Source: an uncultured Bacteroides sp. (GTDB taxonomy: Bacteria > Bacteroidota > Bacteroidia > Bacteroidales > Bacteroidaceae). Taken from it: DNA of 64,000 nt. A program made the position numbers and the translations under genes. This document shows positions 40,012 to 50,984 of the stretch, in pieces. How positions within the stretch are numbered: position 1 is the first letter of the stretch; every line of letters starts with the position of its first letter. Where the stretch lies: positions 2,199-66,198 of the forward strand of contig CAJKDC010000003.1 of the NCBI GenBank assembly GCA_905198575.1, written 5' to 3'. The notes under the pieces were generated by a model, which saw nothing but the letters and a program-made list of their open reading frames with translations, had not been told where the DNA came from and searched no databases.

Positions 40012-41931
40012 ATGGAAGAATACACTTCATACGAATTGTTGAACAAGATAGACAGTCCTGCAGACTTACGGCAACTGCCCCCCGAGCAATTACCGGAAGT
40101 ATGTACGGAACTCAGACAAAAAATCATCGATGAACTGTCGCGTAATCCGGGTCACTTCGGTTCAAGCCTAGGAGTGATAGAGCTTACTGTAGCCTTACAT
40201 TATGTATTTAATACCCCGTATGACCGCATTGTATGGGATGTAGGACATCAGGCATACGGACATAAAATTCTGACTGGCAGACGCGACCGTTTTTGTACGA
40301 ACCGAAAGCTAAATGGTATCCGCCCTTTTCCGTCACCGGAAGAAAGCGAATATGATACTTTTACATGCGGTCATGCATCAAATTCCATTTCTGCAGCATT
40401 AGGTATGGCCGTAGCTGCTACCTTGAAAGGGGAACAAAAACGGCACGTAGTCGCTGTAATCGGCGACGGTTCAATGAGTGGAGGACTGGCCTTCGAAGGA
40501 CTAAACAATGCGTCTTCTACGCCTAATGACCTTCTCATTATACTGAATGACAACAACATGGCTATAGACCGCAGTGTAGGCGGTATGAAACAGTATTTAC
40601 TGAACTTACAAACTTCACAAGGATATAACCAACTGAGATATAAACTTTCTGAAACCTTCCATAAATTGGGATGGCTGAATGAAGAAAGGAAAAAAAGCCT
40701 GTTGCGCTTCAACAACAGTCTGAAATCGATATTAACCCAACAACAGAATATTTTTGAAGGACTAAACATACGCTACTTTGGACCTGTAAACGGCCATGAT
40801 GTATTGGGACTTATCAAGACCTTGAACGATATCAAAGAAATGAAAGGTCCTAAGCTTCTTCATATCCATACCATCAAAGGAAAAGGATTTGAGCCTGCAG
40901 AAAAAGCAGCGACAATATGGCATGCTCCGGGTATCTTCGACAAAGAAACCGGAAAAAGAATTGTTGCCAATACCGAAGGAATGCCTCCTTTGTTTCAAGA
41001 TGTATTTGGGCATACACTGGTAGAGCTTGCCAAACAGAATCCTAAAATCGTAGGAATTACTCCTGCCATGCCTACCGGGTGCTCCATGAGCTACCTGATG
41101 GAAGAAATGCCCGACAGGGCTTTTGATGTAGGTATCGCCGAAGGACATGCCGTTACATTTGCCGGAGGACTGGCAAAGGAGGGTATGGTGCCTTTCTGCA
41201 ACATCTATTCTTCGTTCATGCAACGTGCTTACGACAACATTATACACGATCTGGCTATTTATAAACAACACGTAGTATTGTGTCTGGACAGAGCCGGACT
41301 TGTTGGTGAAGATGGACCGACACACCATGGTGTGTTCGACCTTGCCTATTTACGTACAATTCCGAATCTGACCATTGCCTCTCCCCTTAACGAACAAGAG
41401 TTAAGACGCCTAATGTATACAGCTCAGATGCCTGATATGGGACCGTTTGCTATACGTTATCCGCGGGGACGTGGTGTACAGACGGATTGGAAATGTCCCC
41501 TCGAAGCGATTCCGGTTGGAAAAGGACAAACGCTAAAATCGGGAACCGATATAGCTGTAGTATCTATTGGTCCAATAGGAAATACAGTAATGAAAGCTAT
41601 CGAAATGGCAGAAGCAAAGCAGATGTTGTCTGTAGCGCATTATGATTTACGTTTCCTGAAACCCTTGGACGAAGAGCTATTACACCACGTAGGCAAGACC
41701 TTTAATAAGGTAATAACAGTCGAAGATGGCACACTCAAAGGAGGTATGGGAAGCGCATTACTTGAATTCTTTGCAGACAATCATTATCATCCGGAAGTCC
41801 GAAGAATCGGTGTACCGGATCACTTCATCCAACATGGCCCTGTAAAGGACTTATATAAAATATGTGGTATGGATGAAGACAGTATCTGCGATGCCATATT
41901 ATCATTCAACAACGAACAAAAAGAAAAATGA
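40012..41931 (+). CDS. dxs: 1-deoxy-D-xylulose-5-phosphate synthase
   Basis: [11 protein letters not shown]…NDN thiamine-binding motif, [13 protein letters not shown]. Confidence 0.97.
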   Translation: MEEYTSYELLNKIDSPADLRQLPPEQLPEVCTELRQKIIDELSRNPGHFGSSLGVIELTVALHYVFNTPYDRIVWDVGHQAYGHKILTGRRDRFCTNRKLNGIRPFPSPEESEYDTFTCGHASNSISAALGMAVAATLKGEQKRHVVAVIGDGSMSGGLAFEGLNNASSTPNDLLIILNDNNMAIDRSVGGMKQYLLNLQTSQGYNQLRYKLSETFHKLGWLNEERKKSLLRFNNSLKSILTQQQNIFEGLNIRYFGPVNGHDVLGLIKTLNDIKEMKGPKLLHIHTIKGKGFEPAEKAATIWHAPGIFDKETGKRIVANTEGMPPLFQDVFGHTLVELAKQNPKIVGITPAMPTGCSMSYLMEEMPDRAFDVGIAEGHAVTFAGGLAKEGMVPFCNIYSSFMQRAYDNIIHDLAIYKQHVVLCLDRAGLVGEDGPTHHGVFDLAYLRTIPNLTIASPLNEQELRRLMYTAQMPDMGPFAIRYPRGRGVQTDWKCPLEAIPVGKGQTLKSGTDIAVVSIGPIGNTVMKAIEMAEAKQMLSVAHYDLRFLKPLDEELLHHVGKTFNKVITVEDGTLKGGMGSALLEFFADNHYHPEVRRIGVPDHFIQHGPVKDLYKICGMDEDSICDAILSFNNEQKEK

Positions 41932-43268
41932 AAATCATTATTGCTGGAGCTGGTGCTGTAGGTACCCACTTGGCCAAGCTCCTTTCTGGAGAGAAACAGG
42001 ATATTATCCTGATGGATGAAAATGAGGAGAAGTTAAGCAGAATGGAATCCAATTTTGACTTGATGACTGTCAATGTTTCACCCACTTCCATCTCAGGACT
42101 AAAAGAAGCAGGTGTAGCCGGTGCCGACTTGTTCATTGCGGTTACTCCCGATGAAAGTAGAAATATGACTGCCTGTATGCTTGCTACGAGCCTGGGTGCA
42201 AAAAAGACGGTAGCCAGAATAGACAATTACGAGTATCTGCTGCCTAAACATAAGGAGTTTTTTGCCAAACTGGGAGTAGACTCACTTATCTACCCTGAAA
42301 TGCTGGCCGCAAAAGACATCGTAGATGCCGTAAAAATGAGCTGGATAAGACAGTGGTGGGAATTTGCCGGAGGTGCCCTGATTCTGATTGGTACAAAAAT
42401 GCGTTCTACGGCTGAAATTCTGGATGTCCCGCTGCACGAACTGGGTGGAAGAAATATTCCGTTTCACATCGTTGCGATTAAACGTGGCAACAAGACCATC
42501 ATTCCGCGAGGTGATGATACCATCCAGCTAAATGATATCGTTTATTTTACAACAACCAAAAAATATATCCCATACATCCGGAAAATTTCCGGAAAAGAGC
42601 ACTATGCAGACATCCGGAATGTAATGATAATGGGAGGCAGCCGCATTGCTGTACGGGCTACTCAATATATGCCGGATTACATGAAGGTTAAAATCATAGA
42701 AAGTAATATGAGCCGGTGTAACCGACTGACGGAGCTGGTGGACGATGATGTGATGGTGATTAACGGTGACGGACGCGACATGGACTTGCTGATGGAAGAA
42801 GGCATCAAGAATACGGAAGCTTTCGTTGCACTGACCGACAGCTCAGAAACCAACATTCTGGCCTGTCTGGCTGCCAAACGTATGGGAGTAACCAAAACTG
42901 TAGCCGAGGTAGAGAATGTAGACTATATCAACATGGCTGAAAGCTTGGACATAGGAACCGTAATCAACAAAAAATTCATAGCCGCCAGCCACATTTACCA
43001 GATGATGCTGGACGCAGATGTATCAAACGTTAAATGTCTGACCATTGCGAATGCCGATGTAGCAGAATTTATTGTTAAACCCGGCTCCCGCATTACAAAA
43101 TGCGCCATAAAAGATATGGGACTTCCTAAGGGAGCAACTATTGGAGGACTGATTCGTAATGGTGAAGGTATCTTGGTAACTGGTAATACAATTGTGCAAC
43201 CCGATGACCATGTTGTGGTTTTCTCTTTGGAAATGATGATTAAAAAACTGGAGAAATTTTTCAACTAA
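41928..43268 (+). CDS. trkA: Trk potassium uptake regulatory subunit TrkA
   Basis: Two RCK modules (GAGAVG; MGGSRI), 446 aa. Confidence 0.93.
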   Translation: MKIIIAGAGAVGTHLAKLLSGEKQDIILMDENEEKLSRMESNFDLMTVNVSPTSISGLKEAGVAGADLFIAVTPDESRNMTACMLATSLGAKKTVARIDNYEYLLPKHKEFFAKLGVDSLIYPEMLAAKDIVDAVKMSWIRQWWEFAGGALILIGTKMRSTAEILDVPLHELGGRNIPFHIVAIKRGNKTIIPRGDDTIQLNDIVYFTTTKKYIPYIRKISGKEHYADIRNVMIMGGSRIAVRATQYMPDYMKVKIIESNMSRCNRLTELVDDDVMVINGDGRDMDLLMEEGIKNTEAFVALTDSSETNILACLAAKRMGVTKTVAEVENVDYINMAESLDIGTVINKKFIAASHIYQMMLDADVSNVKCLTIANADVAEFIVKPGSRITKCAIKDMGLPKGATIGGLIRNGEGILVTGNTIVQPDDHVVVFSLEMMIKKLEKFFN

Positions 43269-43290
43269 ATCCAGCTTATTTATAACGCTT

Positions 43291-43334
43291 AAACGGCAGT
43301 TTGCTTTGAAGTCTGGCAAACTGCCGTTTTTTTT
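43291..43334 (+). terminator. Intrinsic terminator after trkA
   Basis: 14-bp stem AAACGGCAGTTTGC / GCAAACTGCCGTTT followed by a T-tract. Confidence 0.88.
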
Positions 43335-43369
43335 AACGCACATATTTCTTGTAAAGTAGAAAAAAACTA

Positions 43370-43377
43370 TAACTTTG
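43370..43377 (+). promoter_or_regulatory. -7 promoter element for the leader ORF / nuo operon
   Basis: TAACTTTG(CG) 25 nt upstream of ATG 43402. Confidence 0.65.
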
Positions 43378-43401
43378 CGAAAGTTTTCAAGATAGGTAAA
43401 G

Positions 43402-43800
43402 ATGAGTGGATTGGTAAAAAGAGTGGTTATCATAATTATGTACCTTATAATTGCAATTATAGGGGGAGCGAATTATGTATCTGCCCAAATTGCTGAATCT
43501 GACACTGAATATACAGAAACAACCACTCAAACTTGTTTTGAGAATCCACAGGATAAAGCAGAGAGAACACTTAACTATCTGCTTAACAATGATTGGGCTG
43601 AGTTGCCGCCTGCAGCTTGGTGTGTATCAACATACACAGGTCATGATTTTAAAGCATCAGCTACATACAGATTTACGGATACGCGTACAGCCCTTAATCC
43701 CGATGTATTCCATCCGCATAAACTGCACGCTTTTTCGATGCTTTATGGTCATACCCCTACGCTGTATTATATCTTTACATTAAAAAAAATACGTATTTAG
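43402..43800 (+). CDS. Hypothetical 132-aa protein with a signal peptide and C-terminal YYIFTLKKIRI motif
   Basis: Has its own promoter; basic/hydrophobic N-terminus ending in VSA; fills the gap before nuoA. Confidence 0.65.
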   Translation: MSGLVKRVVIIIMYLIIAIIGGANYVSAQIAESDTEYTETTTQTCFENPQDKAERTLNYLLNNDWAELPPAAWCVSTYTGHDFKASATYRFTDTRTALNPDVFHPHKLHAFSMLYGHTPTLYYIFTLKKIRI

Positions 43801-43934
43801 CCAGCGGGTTCAATACTAGTTTCGGTATATTCAATACCGAAATCTGAAAATCTTGTATATTTTCTATTCCATGTTATGCTGCACAGCGCTGTGTGGCACA
43901 TACATTTATACTCATTATCTAAATTTTTATCATC

Positions 43935-44285
43935 ATGTTTTTTACATTCTTAATTGTCGTTATCCTTACGGCAATAGCGCTTGTAGTAGCCGCTATGACC
44001 ATTTCCAAGCTGATCAGTCCGCGCTCCTACAATCCGCAGAAGGGTGAGCCTTATGAATGCGGTATTCCCACCCGTGGTAATTCATGGGTACAATTTAAAG
44101 CGGGATACTACCTCTTCGCCATCCTCTTCCTGATGTTCGACATCGAGACCGTGTTTCTGTTTCCGTGGGCAGTGACGGCCGGACGTGCCGGCGGATATGC
44201 CCTGGCATGTGTGTGTGTGTTTCTGGCAGTGCTGGTGCTGGGGCTGGCCTACGCCTGGAAGAAAGGAGCGCTGCTATGGAAGTAA
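43935..44285 (+). CDS. nuoA: NADH-quinone oxidoreductase subunit A
   Basis: [16 protein letters not shown] and WKKGAL motifs. Confidence 0.95.
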   Translation: MFFTFLIVVILTAIALVVAAMTISKLISPRSYNPQKGEPYECGIPTRGNSWVQFKAGYYLFAILFLMFDIETVFLFPWAVTAGRAGGYALACVCVFLAVLVLGLAYAWKKGALLWK

Positions 44286-44857
44286 AACGGGTGGCCGGTG
44301 TGCGCTCCATGCGCTACGACGAATTTAAAGACAATGCCTCGCTGGAGGAAATGGCCGCACGCCTCAATGCCGACGGTGCAGGCGTGGTGCTGGCACGGGC
44401 CGACGAGCTGATAAACTGCGCACGCAGCAACTCGCTGTGGAGCCTTACCTTCGGCACCAGCTGCTGTGCCATCGAGTTTATGGCGCTGGGCGCGGCACGC
44501 TATGACATGGCCCGTTTCGGATTCGAGGTAACACGTAACTCGCCACGACAGGCAGACCTCATCATGGTGCTGGGAACCATTACGTACCGCATGGCGCCGG
44601 TGCTGCGACGTCTGTACGACCAGATGGCTGATCCCAAGTATGTGATAGCCGTGGGCGGATGTACCATCTCTGGCGGACCGTTCACTCGGTCGTATCATGT
44701 GGTGAAGGGCATCGACAGCATTCTGCCCGTCGACGTTTACATTCCGGGCTGTCCGCCACGACCGGAGGCTTTCTTCTACGGAATGATGCAGTTGCAACGT
44801 AAAATCAGAGTAGAACGCTTCTTCGGGGGTGTAAACAGAAAGGAGGTGCAGCCATGA
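44276..44857 (+). CDS. nuoB: NADH-quinone oxidoreductase subunit B
   Basis: SCCAIE, SPRQAD and PGCPPRP motifs. Confidence 0.95.
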   Translation: MEVKRVAGVRSMRYDEFKDNASLEEMAARLNADGAGVVLARADELINCARSNSLWSLTFGTSCCAIEFMALGAARYDMARFGFEVTRNSPRQADLIMVLGTITYRMAPVLRRLYDQMADPKYVIAVGGCTISGGPFTRSYHVVKGIDSILPVDVYIPGCPPRPEAFFYGMMQLQRKIRVERFFGGVNRKEVQP

Positions 44858-46476
44858 GTGGAGTGAATGTACGTCTGGCAGCACTGTTGCCTGATGCACC
44901 TGTAGGTGCCGGCACAGATGCACCTGTATCGGTTCCCGCCGACCGTCTGCCGGAAGTAGCGCAGGCGCTGCGCACGGATGCCGCCGAGCCGATGGACTAT
45001 CTGCGTGATATCGTGGGCATGGACTGGGGCACGGAGCTGGGGGCGCTGTATTATCTGGAGTGTACACGCACAGGCAGCCGTGTGACACTGCGTGTGGCGG
45101 TACCACGCCAAGAAGTTCCGGTGCTGCCGTCAGTATACGGCATCTGGCGCACGGCAGAATTGAAGGAGCGCGAGGTGATGGATTTCTTCGGCATCCGCTT
45201 CACGGGACATCCGGACATGCGCCGCCTGTTCCTGCGCGAGGACTGGGTGGGCTACCCGCTGCGCAAGGATTATGATATGGACAGCAACCCGCTGCGTATG
45301 GACAACGAGGTGAATGCCGACGATACCGTAGAGTATACATTACAGCCGGACGGACGGCTCACGGGCAGCCGCCGGCCTGTCTTCGGCAGCGAGGATTTTG
45401 TGGTGAACATCGGTCCGCAGCATCCGTCCACGCACGGAGTACTGCGTATGCGTACGTCGCTGGACGGCGAGTGCATCCGTCGTGTGGACCCTATCCTGGG
45501 ATACATCCACCGCGGCATCGAGAAGCTGGCCGAGGGGCTGACGTATGTGCAGACGCTGCCCATGACGGACCGTCTGGACTACCTGAGCGCGCACCACAAC
45601 CGCCATGCGCTGTGCCTCTGCATCGAGCAGGCGGCGGGCATCGAGGTGCCGCTGCGGGCGCAGTACATCCGTACCATCATGGACGAGCTGCAGCGCATCG
45701 ACTCGCATCTGCTGTTCTACTCGTGCCTGGTGATGGATATGGGGGGACTGACGCCGTTCTTCTACGGGTTCCGCGAGCGCGAGATGGTGCTCGACATCAT
45801 GGAGGAAACGACGGGCGGACGGCTTATCCAGAATTACTACACCATCGGCGGGGTACGGCAGGACTTGCATCCGTCGTTCTGCACGAAGGTGAAGGAGTTT
45901 ATCAAGCATCTGCGCCGGGTGATCGGGGAATATCACAGTATTTTTACGGACAACGTGATTGCCCGCTCGCGTCTGGAGGGTGTGGGTGTGCTGAGCCGTG
46001 AGGATGCCATTGCGCTGGGTACCACGGGGGGCACGGGCCGTGCTTCGGGATGGGCCAACGATGTGCGCAAGCATCACCCATATACACTATACGACCAGGT
46101 GGACTTCCGCGAGGTGGTACGCACGGAGGGCGACTCGATGGCACGCTATCTGGTGCGTATGGACGAGATAATGGAGTCGTGCCACATCATCGAACAGCTT
46201 ATCGACCGCATCCCCGAGGGGGATTTCCGCACGCGCATCAAGCCGGTGCTGCGGTTGCCGGAGGGTAACTTCTCGGCTTCGGTGGAATCGAGCCGCGGCG
46301 AGTTCGGGGTGATGCTGGAGAGTCACGGCGACCGTATGCCGTACCGCCTGCACTTCCGCTCTACGGGGCTGCCGCTGGTGCATGCCATGGACACGGTGTG
46401 CCGCGGGGCGAAACTGGCCGACCTGATTGCCATCGGGGGTACGCTGGATTTTGTCATCCCGGATATCGACCGATGA
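44854..46476 (+). CDS. nuoCD: NADH-quinone oxidoreductase subunit C/D fusion
   Basis: GHPDMRRL…PLRKD (C part); [18 protein letters not shown] and PDIDR (D part). Confidence 0.95.
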   Translation: MSGVNVRLAALLPDAPVGAGTDAPVSVPADRLPEVAQALRTDAAEPMDYLRDIVGMDWGTELGALYYLECTRTGSRVTLRVAVPRQEVPVLPSVYGIWRTAELKEREVMDFFGIRFTGHPDMRRLFLREDWVGYPLRKDYDMDSNPLRMDNEVNADDTVEYTLQPDGRLTGSRRPVFGSEDFVVNIGPQHPSTHGVLRMRTSLDGECIRRVDPILGYIHRGIEKLAEGLTYVQTLPMTDRLDYLSAHHNRHALCLCIEQAAGIEVPLRAQYIRTIMDELQRIDSHLLFYSCLVMDMGGLTPFFYGFREREMVLDIMEETTGGRLIQNYYTIGGVRQDLHPSFCTKVKEFIKHLRRVIGEYHSIFTDNVIARSRLEGVGVLSREDAIALGTTGGTGRASGWANDVRKHHPYTLYDQVDFREVVRTEGDSMARYLVRMDEIMESCHIIEQLIDRIPEGDFRTRIKPVLRLPEGNFSASVESSRGEFGVMLESHGDRMPYRLHFRSTGLPLVHAMDTVCRGAKLADLIAIGGTLDFVIPDIDR

Positions 46477-46519
46477 GGATTTCCGGATTTTGTTGTATCT
46501 AAAATAAACTGGACTGAAT

Positions 46520-47611
46520 ATGATTGCAGACTATTATAATCTGGAGCCGCTGCTCATGGGTGTGCATGGGTGGCTGCTTTCTTTCCTGCCGCAGGGGCTG
46601 GCGCTCACGCTGGAGGGACTGGCCGTGGGGGTGTTCATCCTGCTGATGTATGCCGTGCTGGCCATCGTGCTTATCTATATGGAGCGTAAGGTGTGTGCGG
46701 CGTTTCAGTGCCGCATCGGGCCCAACCGCGTGGGCGGACGGGGCGGACTGCTGCAGGTGCCGGCGGATGTGGTGAAGATCCTGACGAAGGAGATTTTCAC
46801 GCCCGACCGTGCCGACCGCTTTCTGTACGGGCTGGCGCCGTTTCTGGTGATTCTGGCTTCTATCCTTACTTTCTCGTGCCTGCCCTGGAACAAGGGGGGC
46901 GAGGTGCTGCACATGGATATCGGTATCTTCTTCGTGCTGGCGGCTTCGTCTATCGGGGTGCTGGGCATCCTGCTGGCGGGATGGAGCAGCAACAGCAAGT
47001 ACACGCTCATCGGGGCGGTGCGAAGCGGGGCGATGATTATCAGCTACGAGCTGTCTATCGGACTGAGCGTGCTGGCCATGGTGGTGCTGTGCGGCACGAT
47101 GGATATCCAGCAGATTGTGCAGGGACAGGAGGTGTGCTGGAACATCGTGCGCGGGCATGTGCCGGCGCTGGCGGCGTTCATCGTGTATCTCATTGCGGGC
47201 AATGCCGAGGCAAACCGTGCGCCTTTCGACCTGGCCGAGGCGGAACAGGAGCTCACGGCGGGGTATCACACGGAGTACTCGGGCATGCACTTCGGCTTTT
47301 TCTATCTGGCGGAGTACCTCAACCTGTTTATCACGGCGGGCATCGCCGCCACCCTCTTCCTGGGCGGATGGATGCCGCTGCACATTCCGGGGCTGGACGC
47401 GCTGAACGGCGTGACGGACCTCATCCCGGGCGTGGCGTGGTTCGTGGGCAAAACGTTTGCCATCGTCTTTGTGCTGATGTGGATTCGCTGGACGTTCCCG
47501 CGGTTGCGCATCGACCAGGTGCTCACGCTGGAGTGGAAGTATCTGATGCCGCTCTCGCTGCTTATCCTGCTGGTGATGACGGCCTGTGTTACGGCGGGAT
47601 GGGTGATTTGA
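46520..47611 (+). CDS. nuoH: NADH-quinone oxidoreductase subunit H
   Basis: RIGPNRVG, NRAPFDLAEAE and PRLRIDQ motifs. Confidence 0.95.
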   Translation: MIADYYNLEPLLMGVHGWLLSFLPQGLALTLEGLAVGVFILLMYAVLAIVLIYMERKVCAAFQCRIGPNRVGGRGGLLQVPADVVKILTKEIFTPDRADRFLYGLAPFLVILASILTFSCLPWNKGGEVLHMDIGIFFVLAASSIGVLGILLAGWSSNSKYTLIGAVRSGAMIISYELSIGLSVLAMVVLCGTMDIQQIVQGQEVCWNIVRGHVPALAAFIVYLIAGNAEANRAPFDLAEAEQELTAGYHTEYSGMHFGFFYLAEYLNLFITAGIAATLFLGGWMPLHIPGLDALNGVTDLIPGVAWFVGKTFAIVFVLMWIRWTFPRLRIDQVLTLEWKYLMPLSLLILLVMTACVTAGWVI

Positions 47612-47651
47612 ACGGTTTGACACGGTTTTTTTATTTATTATTGAAGTTTTT

Positions 47652-48101
47652 ATGAGTTCACTGAAAACGTATCTGAAGGATTATGCGGCAGGCATCGGCA
47701 GCCTGCTGGCGGGCATGCGCACCTCGATGAAGGTGTTCTGCCGCAAGAAGGTGACGGAACAGTATCCGGAGAACCGGCACACTACGCTGCACGTGCCCGA
47801 AAGGCACCGCGCCCTGCTGGTGATGCCCGCTGATGAGGAGGGACGGAACGCGTGTGTGGCGTGCGGCCTGTGCGTGGCTGCGTGCCCTAACGGCAGCATC
47901 CGCATCGAATCGGAAACCGTGACCGACGGGGAAGGTCGCAAGCGCCGGGTGCTGCGCCGCTATGAGTACAACCTGGGCTCGTGCATGTTCTGCGCCCTGT
48001 GTGTGGATGCCTGTGCGCACGATGCCATCCGCTTTACGAACGACTTCGAGCAGGCGGTGTTCCGGCGCGACAGGCTGGTGCTGACGCTCAATAAAGTTTA
48101 A
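47652..48101 (+). CDS. nuoI: NADH-quinone oxidoreductase subunit I (2x[4Fe-4S])
   Basis: TEQYP, CVACGLCVAACP and CMFCALCVDAC motifs. Confidence 0.93.
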   Translation: MSSLKTYLKDYAAGIGSLLAGMRTSMKVFCRKKVTEQYPENRHTTLHVPERHRALLVMPADEEGRNACVACGLCVAACPNGSIRIESETVTDGEGRKRRVLRRYEYNLGSCMFCALCVDACAHDAIRFTNDFEQAVFRRDRLVLTLNKV

Positions 48102-48133
48102 CGTGCTGTTTTTTTACATAGATGTTAGGTGTT

Positions 48134-48649
48134 ATGAATATATCTCTACAAGAAATTGCTTTCTACACCGTGGCGGCGTGCATCATCGTCTGCTCGGTGC
48201 TGGCGGTCACCACGGGGCGCATCCTCAGGGCGGCCACCTATCTGCTGTTCGTGCTGCTGGGCACGGGGGCGCTCTACGGCATTCTGGGCTATACGTTCCT
48301 CAGCGCCGTGCAGCTCATGGTGTATGCGGGAGGTATCGTGGTGCTGTATGTGTTCTCCATCCTGCTCACACGGTCGGACCGCAACATGCGCTACCGCATC
48401 GCGCGGGGCAAGCTGGCTTCGGTACTGATTACGACGCTGGCGGCTGCGGCGCTGATGGTTTTCCTCACGGTGACCAACGGCTTTGCGCTGAACATGATTC
48501 CGCAGGGAGTGGAACTGCCGGTGGAGCGCATCGGCACGGCGCTTACCGCTACGGGGCACGGCGGCTTTGTGCTGCCTTTCGAGGTGACCAGCGTACTGCT
48601 GCTGGCGTGTATGATCGGGGCGGTTGTGATTGCCCGCAAGAGGGAGTGA
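48134..48649 (+). CDS. nuoJ: NADH-quinone oxidoreductase subunit J
   Basis: QLMVYAGGIVVL and PFEVTSVLLL motifs. Confidence 0.93.
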   Translation: MNISLQEIAFYTVAACIIVCSVLAVTTGRILRAATYLLFVLLGTGALYGILGYTFLSAVQLMVYAGGIVVLYVFSILLTRSDRNMRYRIARGKLASVLITTLAAAALMVFLTVTNGFALNMIPQGVELPVERIGTALTATGHGGFVLPFEVTSVLLLACMIGAVVIARKRE

Positions 48650-48682
48650 CGTGTGTGTGTTTTTTTTAGCTGATTTACGATT

Positions 48683-49000
48683 ATGGAACTGGAAGTACAT
48701 GTAATTCATTATCTGATTATCGGTATCGTGATGATGGCGTGCGGCATCTACGGCTTCTTCACACGGAAGAATCTGCTGGCGCTGCTCATCTCGGTGGAGC
48801 TGATGCTCAATGCCGTGAATATCAACTTTGCGGTGTTCTGCCGCTATCTGTTCCCCGACGCGCTCGAGGGGCATTTCTTCAGCCTGTTCGGGATTGCCAT
48901 CGCGGCGGCCGAAACGGCGGTGGCCATTGCCATCATTATCAATGTGTACCGCAACATCGGTCACGTGCAGACGGACGATATTACCGGCCTCAAGGGGTAA
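48683..49000 (+). CDS. nuoK: NADH-quinone oxidoreductase subunit K
   Basis: ELMLNAVN and AAAETAV motifs. Confidence 0.95.
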   Translation: MELEVHVIHYLIIGIVMMACGIYGFFTRKNLLALLISVELMLNAVNINFAVFCRYLFPDALEGHFFSLFGIAIAAAETAVAIAIIINVYRNIGHVQTDDITGLKG

Positions 49001-49046
49001 GGGTGTCCGGAGTTTGTAACTGTTCAAAAACTGTTTTTTGGGATTT

Positions 49047-50936
49047 ATGGATTTTACTTTGTTTATATTGGCTTGTCCGGCGGTGGGATTCCTGCTGCCG
49101 GCGCTGGCGGGCATGCGCATGAGTCACCGCGCTGCGGGACTCACCGGGACGCTGCTCATGGCCGTCACTACGGTGCTGAGCGGGGCAACGGCGTGGCGTT
49201 TCTTCACGGCGGCCCGCAATGCCGACGGGGTGCTGCCTGCGCAGATTCCGTTTAATGTGGAGTGGCTGCCGCTGGGAGGCAGTCTGCACATCGACATGGG
49301 GATGCTGCTGGACCCTATCAGCGTGATGATGCTGGTGGTGGTGAGCGGGGTGTCGCTCATGGTGCATATCTACTCGCTGGGGTATATGAAGGGTGAACGG
49401 GGCTTTCAGCGTTACTACGCGTTTCTGTCGCTCTTTACGTTTTCGATGCTGGGACTGGTGGTGGCTGCCAACGTGTTCCAGATGTATGTGTTCTGGGAGC
49501 TGGTGGGGGTATCGTCGTACTTGCTCATCGGGTTCTATTATACGCGTCCCGAGGCCATCGCGGCTTCGAAGAAGGCGTTCATCGTGACGCGCTTTGCCGA
49601 TCTGGGTTTCCTTATCGGCATCCTGATTTACGGGTATTACGTGGGGACGTTCTCGTTCTCGCCTTCGCAGGAGGGGCTGATGCGCGGGGGAATGATGCTG
49701 CCCCGGGCACTGGGACTGATGTTTATCGGCGGTGCGGGCAAGAGTGCCATGTTCCCGCTGCACATCTGGCTGCCCGATGCCATGGAGGGCCCTACTCCGG
49801 TATCGGCGCTTATCCATGCGGCTACCATGGTGGTGGCAGGGGTGTATCAGGTGGCGCGCCTGTTTCCGCTCTACATCGGCTATGCGCCGCAGGTGCTGCA
49901 CATGGTGGCGGTGGCAGGCGTGGTTACGGCATTCTACGCGGCTACGGTGGCTTGCGTACAGTCGGACATCAAGCGTGTGCTGGCTTTCTCTACCATCTCG
50001 CAGATTGGCTTCATGATGGTGGCGCTGGGCGTGTGTACGTCGGTGCTTCCGCATGAGGGCGGACTGGGGTACATGGCTTCCATGTTTCATCTGTTTACGC
50101 ATGCGCTGTTCAAGGCGCTGCTCTTCCTGGGGGCGGGTTCTATCATCCATGCGGTGCACAGCAACGAGATGAGCACCATGGGCGGCCTGCGCCGGTATAT
50201 GCCGGTTACGCACATCACCTTCCTTGTGGCGTGTCTGGCCATTGCGGGTATTCCCGGATTCTCGGGTTTCTTCTCGAAGGACGAGATTCTGGCGGCCTGC
50301 TTCGCCTACAGTCCGGTAATCGGCTGGATCATGACGTTCATTGCCGGGATGACGGCTTTCTATATGTTCCGCCTGTACTACGGCATCTTCTGGGGACGCG
50401 AGAACAAGGCGCTGCACGAAGCGCACCGTCCGCACGAGAGTCCGCTGGTGATGACCGCGCCGCTGATGATACTGGCCGTGCTGACGCTGGCAGTGGGATG
50501 GATGCCTTTCGGACACTTCATCTCGTCCAACGGCGAGGCGTACGATATTCATATTGACGCTACGGTGGCTTCGGTCAGCGTGATTGTGGCACTGATTGCC
50601 ATCGCGCTGGCAACGTGGATGTATGCCCGTCCGCAGCAGCCGGTGGCCGACGCGCTGGCACGCCGCTTCCCGGCACTGCACCGGGCAGCCTACCGCCGCT
50701 TCTACATGGACGAGGCATGGCTTTTCGTGACGCGCCGCATCATCTTCCGCTGCGTGTCGGCACCGCTGGCATGGTGGGACCGCCGCGTCATCGACCAGTT
50801 TATGAATTTCATGGCCTGGAGTGCCAATGCCTGTGCCGAGGAGCTGCAGCCCGTGCAGAGCGGAAAGGTGCAGAGTTACACGCTGTGGTTCCTGGGGGGC
50901 ATCGTGGTGCTCACGCTGGTGCTGCTGGCTTGCTGA
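49047..50936 (+). CDS. nuoL: NADH-quinone oxidoreductase subunit L
   Basis: WELVG, KSAMFPLHIWLPDAMEGPTPVSALIHAATMV and HALFKALLFL motifs. Confidence 0.96.
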   Translation: MDFTLFILACPAVGFLLPALAGMRMSHRAAGLTGTLLMAVTTVLSGATAWRFFTAARNADGVLPAQIPFNVEWLPLGGSLHIDMGMLLDPISVMMLVVVSGVSLMVHIYSLGYMKGERGFQRYYAFLSLFTFSMLGLVVAANVFQMYVFWELVGVSSYLLIGFYYTRPEAIAASKKAFIVTRFADLGFLIGILIYGYYVGTFSFSPSQEGLMRGGMMLPRALGLMFIGGAGKSAMFPLHIWLPDAMEGPTPVSALIHAATMVVAGVYQVARLFPLYIGYAPQVLHMVAVAGVVTAFYAATVACVQSDIKRVLAFSTISQIGFMMVALGVCTSVLPHEGGLGYMASMFHLFTHALFKALLFLGAGSIIHAVHSNEMSTMGGLRRYMPVTHITFLVACLAIAGIPGFSGFFSKDEILAACFAYSPVIGWIMTFIAGMTAFYMFRLYYGIFWGRENKALHEAHRPHESPLVMTAPLMILAVLTLAVGWMPFGHFISSNGEAYDIHIDATVASVSVIVALIAIALATWMYARPQQPVADALARRFPALHRAAYRRFYMDEAWLFVTRRIIFRCVSAPLAWWDRRVIDQFMNFMAWSANACAEELQPVQSGKVQSYTLWFLGGIVVLTLVLLAC

Positions 50937-50984
50937 TGATAACTGATTCATATAGTAAAAACTTAGATTTAAAAAACTCAAAAA

